From a candidate division WOR-3 bacterium (GTDB lineage: Bacteria > Hydrothermota > Tepidihabitantia > Tepidihabitantales > JAOUPE01), in the NCBI GenBank assembly GCA_039801565.1, contig JBDRUX010000021.1, positions 1-25,236 on the forward strand: a DNA stretch of 25,236 nucleotides, given 5' to 3'. Shown piece by piece: positions 20,155 to 25,236 of this stretch. Positions within the stretch are counted from its first letter, which is position 1, and every line of letters begins with the position of its first letter. A program made the translations under genes and the position numbers. The notes under the pieces were generated by a model, which saw nothing but the letters and a program-made list of their open reading frames with translations, did no database searches and was not told the origin of the DNA.

Positions 20155-21354
20155 GTGAATGCTTGTGAGTTATTAGATTTGGCAGAAAGATTTAGTGCGA
20201 AAAATTATCATCCTTTGCCTGTTGTCTTGGCGCGAGGCAAAGGGGTTTGGGTTTATGATGTGGCAGGAAAGCGCTATTTGGATATGCTTTCCAGCTATTC
20301 GGCATTAAATCAGGGCCATCGCCATCCTACCATTATTCGAACCTTAAAAAAACAGTTGGACCGGTTGACTTTAACTTCGCGTGCCTTTCATAACGACCAG
20401 TTTGGACCATTCTGCCAATACCTTTGCGAATTGACGAGTCAAGAACAGGTCCTTTTGATGAATACTGGTGCCGAAGCGGTTGAAACTGCTATTAAGGCAG
20501 CAAGAAAATGGGGTTATGAAAAGAAAGGAGTGGAAAAAGAAAAAGCAGAAATTATCGTCTGCGAAAATAATTTCCATGGTCGGACTACCACCATAATTAG
20601 CTTTTCTTCTGAGCAACTGTATCGGGAAGGGTTCGGACCGTTTAGTCCTGGCTTTAAACTTATCCCTTATGATGATATTGAGGCCTTAGAAAAGGCAATC
20701 ACTCCAAATACCGTCGGTTTTTTAGTTGAACCAATCCAAGGTGAAGCTGGAGTTATTGTTCCGAAACCAGGCTATTTGGCAAAGGCTAAGGAAATCTGCC
20801 GAACCAACAATGTCCTTTTTATTTTGGATGAAATTCAGACCGGTTTAGGCAGGACTGGTAAGATGTTCTGTTACGAGTATGAAGATGCTAAACCCGATAT
20901 TCTCATTCTCGGCAAGGCATTGGGTGGTGGTTGTATCCCAGTCTCGGCGATTGCCAGTTCCGCGGAGATTATGTCGGTATTTACCCCTGGGACACATGGT
21001 AGTACTTTTGGTGGTAATCCATTGGCTTGTGCGGTAGGCAAGGCTGCTTTAGCGGTGATTGTGGAAGAAAATTTGCCGGAGCGGGCTTTCGAGAATGGCA
21101 ATTATTTTTTAGAAAGGCTTCACTCGTTAAAGTCGCCCCACATTAAAGAGATTAGGGGCAAAGGGCTTTTAATTGGTGTCGAAATAAAAGAATCATCAGG
21201 AACCGCGCGACCATTCTGTGAAAAACTGATGGCAAAGGGGATTTTAGCCAAAGAGACCCATCAGCAGGTTGTCCGTTTTGCCCCACCCCTCATTATTACT
21301 AAAGAAGAGATTGACTGGGCAATGGCTCGCATCGAAAAAGTCCTATGCGAATAA
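20155..21354 (+). CDS. rocD: Ornithine-oxo-acid aminotransferase (class III PLP)
   Basis: NYHPLPVV, SYSALNQGHRHP, LTLTSRAF, EPIQGEAG, DEIQTGLGRTG, LGKALGGG, HGSTFGGNPLAC; GTG start with AAGGAG SD. Confidence 0.95.
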   Translation: MNACELLDLAERFSAKNYHPLPVVLARGKGVWVYDVAGKRYLDMLSSYSALNQGHRHPTIIRTLKKQLDRLTLTSRAFHNDQFGPFCQYLCELTSQEQVLLMNTGAEAVETAIKAARKWGYEKKGVEKEKAEIIVCENNFHGRTTTIISFSSEQLYREGFGPFSPGFKLIPYDDIEALEKAITPNTVGFLVEPIQGEAGVIVPKPGYLAKAKEICRTNNVLFILDEIQTGLGRTGKMFCYEYEDAKPDILILGKALGGGCIPVSAIASSAEIMSVFTPGTHGSTFGGNPLACAVGKAALAVIVEENLPERAFENGNYFLERLHSLKSPHIKEIRGKGLLIGVEIKESSGTARPFCEKLMAKGILAKETHQQVVRFAPPLIITKEEIDWAMARIEKVLCE

Positions 21355-21366
21355 TTTAAATACTGA

Positions 21367-23070
21367 ATGCAGGGTCATTTTTCTTTCGTTTTACACTCTC
21401 ACATTCCGTATGTTCTTAGTCATGGTCGTTGGCCCCATGGCACGGATTGGCTTTCTGAGGCTTGTGCTGAGACCTATATCCCATTACTCAATACAATCAA
21501 TCAACTTATTGAAGAAGGTCTAAGATCCCGTCTCACAATCGGTCTGACTCCGGTTCTTTGTGAACAGTTGGCTTCGGCTAATTTCCGAGACGAATTCAAT
21601 GCCTATCTGAAACTGAAGATAAAAGCTGCTGAAGCGGATTGCGCAGAGTTTGCTAAATATGGTGATGACCAATATCTAAAAATCGCTCAGACCTGGCGCA
21701 ATTTTTATGAAAAGGTCTGGGAAGACTTTAATCACCGTTATCATCAGGATATTATTGCCGGATTTAAGGAATTGCAGGACTCAGGTTATATTGAGATTAT
21801 CACCAGTGCGGCAACTCATGGCTACCTGCCTTTATTAAAAGAAGAGCTATCAATTCAAGGACAGATTCGAACTGGGATTGAATCATATCGCAAATATTTT
21901 GGCAAGGCACCGAAAGGTATCTGGTTACCGGAATGTGCTTATCGTCCGCGTTATCTTTGGCAACCACCCGACTATCCAAGCCCGCCTTATGAACGACCAG
22001 GAATTGATGAGTTTTTGAGTGATGAAGGAATTGAATACTTTATTGTTGACTCTCATCTCTTAACTGGTGGCAAAGCAATTGGGGTTTATTTATCACGTTT
22101 TGATGCCTTAAAGCGATTATGGCAGCAATTTGAAAAAGAATTTGAGCCAACTGAAGAAAAAGATTTTAAACCGATTCCTTATGAGCCTTATTTAGTTGGT
22201 TCGAATCCAAAAAAGAAGCCAGTTGCCTTTTTCACCCGTGACCCAAAAACAGCGCTACAGGTATGGTCAGGCGAATGGGGTTATCCTGGCGATGGCTGGT
22301 ATTTAGATTTTCATAAGAAAAGATTTCCCGGTGGGTTAAGGTACTGGCGCGTGACCGACCCTAAGATAGATTTGGGTCAAAAACAAATCTATGAGCCAGA
22401 CAGAACTGAAGCGAGGGTTCAAAGCCATGCCCAACATTTCATCGGCTTAATCAAAGAGACACTCAATAATTATTACAATCAACACCAAAAACCTGGTTTT
22501 CTTTGTATTCCTTATGATGCTGAGCTGTTTGGTCATTGGTGGTTTGAGGGAACGCGTTGGCTATATTATGTGTTTAAGTTTCTTGCTAAAGAAAAAGCGA
22601 TTGGTGCTACAACTTGTAGTAATTTTCTTAAAGACAATTATCCAAGCCGGGTTATTGCTTTGCCGGAAGGTTCTTGGGGCGAAGGTGGATTTCATTATAT
22701 CTGGCTTAATGAAGATACCAAATGGACCTGGAAAATAATTTATCAAGCCGAAGAAGAATTTAAGAAGCTATTATCAGGAAAGGAAAGTTTTAATTCGGTT
22801 TATGAAAGAATCTTAAAGCAATTGGCACGGGAATTATTATTATTACAAGCATCGGATTGGCAGTTTTTAATTTCGACCTGGCATGCCCGGGACTATGCCG
22901 AGCAAAGATTTTTAGAGCATTCAGAAAAATTCGAAAAGTTAACGAGTTTAGCTAAAAAATTGGATAAAGCGCCATTGACTCCTGAAGAAATTAATTATCT
23001 TATCGATTGTGAAAAATCCGATGCGATATTCCCTGATTTAGACCTTAGTTGGTTTCTACCCCGAACCTAA
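21367..23070 (+). CDS. GH57 family 1,4-alpha-glucan branching enzyme (DUF1957)
   Basis: LHSHIPY, ETYIPLL, SAATHGYLP, GIWLPECAY, PYDAELFGHWWFEG, ELLLLQASDW. Confidence 0.93.
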   Translation: MQGHFSFVLHSHIPYVLSHGRWPHGTDWLSEACAETYIPLLNTINQLIEEGLRSRLTIGLTPVLCEQLASANFRDEFNAYLKLKIKAAEADCAEFAKYGDDQYLKIAQTWRNFYEKVWEDFNHRYHQDIIAGFKELQDSGYIEIITSAATHGYLPLLKEELSIQGQIRTGIESYRKYFGKAPKGIWLPECAYRPRYLWQPPDYPSPPYERPGIDEFLSDEGIEYFIVDSHLLTGGKAIGVYLSRFDALKRLWQQFEKEFEPTEEKDFKPIPYEPYLVGSNPKKKPVAFFTRDPKTALQVWSGEWGYPGDGWYLDFHKKRFPGGLRYWRVTDPKIDLGQKQIYEPDRTEARVQSHAQHFIGLIKETLNNYYNQHQKPGFLCIPYDAELFGHWWFEGTRWLYYVFKFLAKEKAIGATTCSNFLKDNYPSRVIALPEGSWGEGGFHYIWLNEDTKWTWKIIYQAEEEFKKLLSGKESFNSVYERILKQLARELLLLQASDWQFLISTWHARDYAEQRFLEHSEKFEKLTSLAKKLDKAPLTPEEINYLIDCEKSDAIFPDLDLSWFLPRT

Positions 23071-23131
23071 ACTAAAATATTCCAAGCAAAATTTTAAAAG
23101 GTCAGAGAAACGTTGAGGATAATGTTTGATA

Positions 23132-23491
23132 TTTTTGTGCCAGAAAGTTGAAATATATTTCAACCTAAAAATGACCGATTTTTTCGTCTATCTATTTGAT
23201 TTTTAATATCTTATATTAAAATTTCCTTAGGGAGGGGGGTATGGTATAGGGGGTGACCCCGTAGGCTACCCCCTAAGCTACCCCGTAGGTTACCTCCTAA
23301 GTTGCTTGGGGAGTTGCTTCGGGAGCTGGTTGGTAGGCAGGTTGGGGAGCGACTTCGTAAGCAACCTCGGAGGCGACTCGGTAGGCAACTTGGGGAGCAA
23401 CCTTGGGGGTTACCCCGTAGGCAACTTGGGGAGTAACCTGGTAGGTAACCCCGTAGGTCACCTGGTAGGCAGCTTCGGAGGTTGGCTTCGG
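23132..23491. repeat. Composite element copy 2: 61-bp conserved head, 34-bp variable segment, G-rich block, 20 x 12-bp degenerate array
   Basis: Head 23132-23192; variable segment 23193-23226; G-block 23227-23251; array 23252-23491; collinear with 9348-9671. Confidence 0.92.
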
Positions 23492-23517
23492 TTTTTTTTC
23501 CTCCAAAGGAAAAATTT

Positions 23518-23541
23518 AAGGCGGGGATTTTTCCCCGCCTT
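23518..23541. terminator. GC-rich hairpin, probable intrinsic (possibly bidirectional) terminator
   Basis: aaggcgggga-tttt-tccccgcctt, a 10-bp perfect stem with T-rich sequence shortly after it on both strands. Confidence 0.7.
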
Positions 23542-23651
23542 TGTTTAATGGGTAAGTCTTTTTTCTCGTTGGCAACTATCTGTTTAAATTCAACCCTCCG
23601 CATTCTCGAGTCTAATCGAAGACGAAGAGTCGATTCGACCGACTTCCGAAT

Positions 23652-24401
23652 TTAATTCATCTTCACCATCTTCTTGGTTGCTTGGTATTCTTCACTTTCT
23701 AACCGATAGAAATAAATCCCAGCTGGACAGTTATTCCCTTTATTATCCTTACCATTCCACTTAACCGAATACCAGCCCGGATTCTGAATGCCATTAATAA
23801 GTGTCGCTATCTCCTGACCTGATGAATTGTAGATTTCAATTCTTATTTTCGTCTTAACAGTGAGGCTATAGTTAATTTCTGTGATATTATGGAATGGATT
23901 AGGTGAAGCTGAAAAGTTCGCCAGTCGTTTTTCAATTTTGTCATCATCAATCCCAACCGCATTAACAGTAAATCTCCCATCCCTGGTCATACAAGGAACA
24001 TTACCTTCGTTTAACAAACACCGAATAAAATGGATTGTAGTCGTATCGTTAGGGTTACCATTAACTCGAAATTGTAAAGTACATAGTGAACCAACACCGG
24101 TCAAAGCATAGGCGCCTGCCATTGCGATAATAAGGGTATCAGGTATATTCCGATTGAATGTCAAAAGCCAGCCACTTGGCACCGTACTTCCAACCCAAAC
24201 GCTCTCTGGATGTAAGACCCGATGGTTAAAAGATAAGGTTATGTCAACACCGATAATATCTCGACCAGTTACCGTATCAATCATTATCGGAATCAAGCAA
24301 ATCGCACCCGAATCAGCCTGGGTATCTGGTATCATAACCTGTACTGGCTGACTAAAAAGTAAGGTTACAATTGTAAAAAGCAGAAAGATTGCTCGTTTCA
24401 T
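23652..24401 (-). CDS. Secreted cohesin-like domain protein with FlgD-Ig/T9SS-type C-terminal domain
   Basis: Signal peptide; cohesin-like IPIMID..IIGVDITLSFN..GSLCTLQFRV; tail PNPFH..I.YSL..IYNSSGQEI..WNGKD..G..AGIYFYRL..KKMVKMN. Confidence 0.8.
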   Translation of the reverse strand: MKRAIFLLFTIVTLLFSQPVQVMIPDTQADSGAICLIPIMIDTVTGRDIIGVDITLSFNHRVLHPESVWVGSTVPSGWLLTFNRNIPDTLIIAMAGAYALTGVGSLCTLQFRVNGNPNDTTTIHFIRCLLNEGNVPCMTRDGRFTVNAVGIDDDKIEKRLANFSASPNPFHNITEINYSLTVKTKIRIEIYNSSGQEIATLINGIQNPGWYSVKWNGKDNKGNNCPAGIYFYRLESEEYQATKKMVKMN

Positions 24402-24412
24402 CGTTCACCCCC

Positions 24413-25236
24413 TTAATTTCTTAATAACACAATCTTTTTATCTAATTTTCCATCATCGGTCTCAATTCGAATAAAGTAGATACCATTAGCTAACTTGTTT
24501 CCGATATCATCGCTACCGTCCCAAGTGATTGAATAGGTATGCGGCTTTTGGTTATTATTAACCAAAGTCTTTACTGCCTGACCTAATGAATTGAAGATTC
24601 TTATTGTAACTTTATTCTCTTTGGGAATCGAGTAGCGAATCTGAATTTTGCTGGCAAAAGGGTTGGGTTTACAGGCTAATGAAAATAATCGCACCGGTTC
24701 GGTCTTACCCATTGCCCCATCCCCAGTTGGTATCAGTCTGCCATCATTCAGGATTATCCAGTCAACTTTAATTTCTGGATTAACCAATTGCTCACCTTTT
24801 CCTTCAAAGACAATTTCAAGCAATTTCACATCGCCGTTTAAGTCTTGCCAACTTGCCATCCCGATTCTTAAAATTCCTTCATAATCCGCACCAGCAACTA
24901 AGAAGTTTCTTGTTGCTTCGGTTGTTCTTATTGCAATCGGTCTTAGCTTTTCCGGATTATAAGAAATTTGCATATCCGCCGAAAAGATATCTTTTATATT
25001 CTCAACCGCTATTGGATAAACAATTTGATAAGAAGGAAGTTCGATGGAGGTAGTTTGAGTTTTGGGAAGTTCATTGGATATTACCGGGTTTAATTTTTCT
25101 TCAAAGGTATTACCGGGGCTTATGGTTAATAAAGAGTTGTCGGATAAGGCTTTGGTCTTGCCCAAATCGGATTCCGGATTTTTAATCATAGCGATTGCTG
25201 GGATTTTCTTAATCCGCTTCACAAGCTCAGTGTCTT
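24413..25236 (-). CDS. C-terminal part of a secreted protein with cohesin-like and FlgD-Ig/T9SS-type C-terminal domains (5' end outside window)
   Basis: Frame remains open to the window edge; PIAVEN..SADMQISYNP..LLEIVF; PNPF..WDGSD..LANGIYFIRI..KKIVLLRN. Confidence 0.78.
   Translation of the reverse strand, partial: DTELVKRIKKIPAIAMIKNPESDLGKTKALSDNSLLTISPGNTFEEKLNPVISNELPKTQTTSIELPSYQIVYPIAVENIKDIFSADMQISYNPEKLRPIAIRTTEATRNFLVAGADYEGILRIGMASWQDLNGDVKLLEIVFEGKGEQLVNPEIKVDWIILNDGRLIPTGDGAMGKTEPVRLFSLACKPNPFASKIQIRYSIPKENKVTIRIFNSLGQAVKTLVNNNQKPHTYSITWDGSDDIGNKLANGIYFIRIETDDGKLDKKIVLLRN

Noticed and set aside
23211..23603. Three overlapping track ORFs across array copy 2 (130, 69 and 80 aa)
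   Set aside because: They are open because of the in-phase 12-bp repeat. The equivalent three frames in copy 1 each contain stop codons, and no convincing SD is present.

Overview
Chromosomal window (roughly 40% GC by eye) from a diderm, probably anaerobic bacterium. Signal peptides with Por/T9SS-like C-terminal tails suggest an FCB-related lineage such as WOR-3 (inference only). The housekeeping and metabolic genes are rtcB, a stand-alone gyrB, scpA, a DUF362 Fe-S protein, an AmmeMemoRadiSam-type radical SAM enzyme, PEGA and HEAT proteins, a cob(I)alamin adenosyltransferase-meaB-split B12 acyl-CoA mutase-carboxyltransferase operon, rocD and a GH57 branching enzyme. The accessory content is a triple toxin-antitoxin island (DUF433/DUF5615, a frameshifted hicBA missed by the ORF track, MNT-HEPN) and several exported proteins. 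The most striking unexplained structure is a composite non-coding element present twice in the same orientation (9348-9671 and 23132-23491). Each copy has a conserved 61-62 bp head containing a perfect 18-bp palindrome, a 34-bp segment of identical length but divergent sequence, a conserved G-rich block, and a polarised array of 17 or 20 strictly 12-bp units built on a quasi-palindromic core. Also notable are the isobutyryl-CoA-mutase-type active-site residues of the mutase and repeated leaderless promoter architecture.
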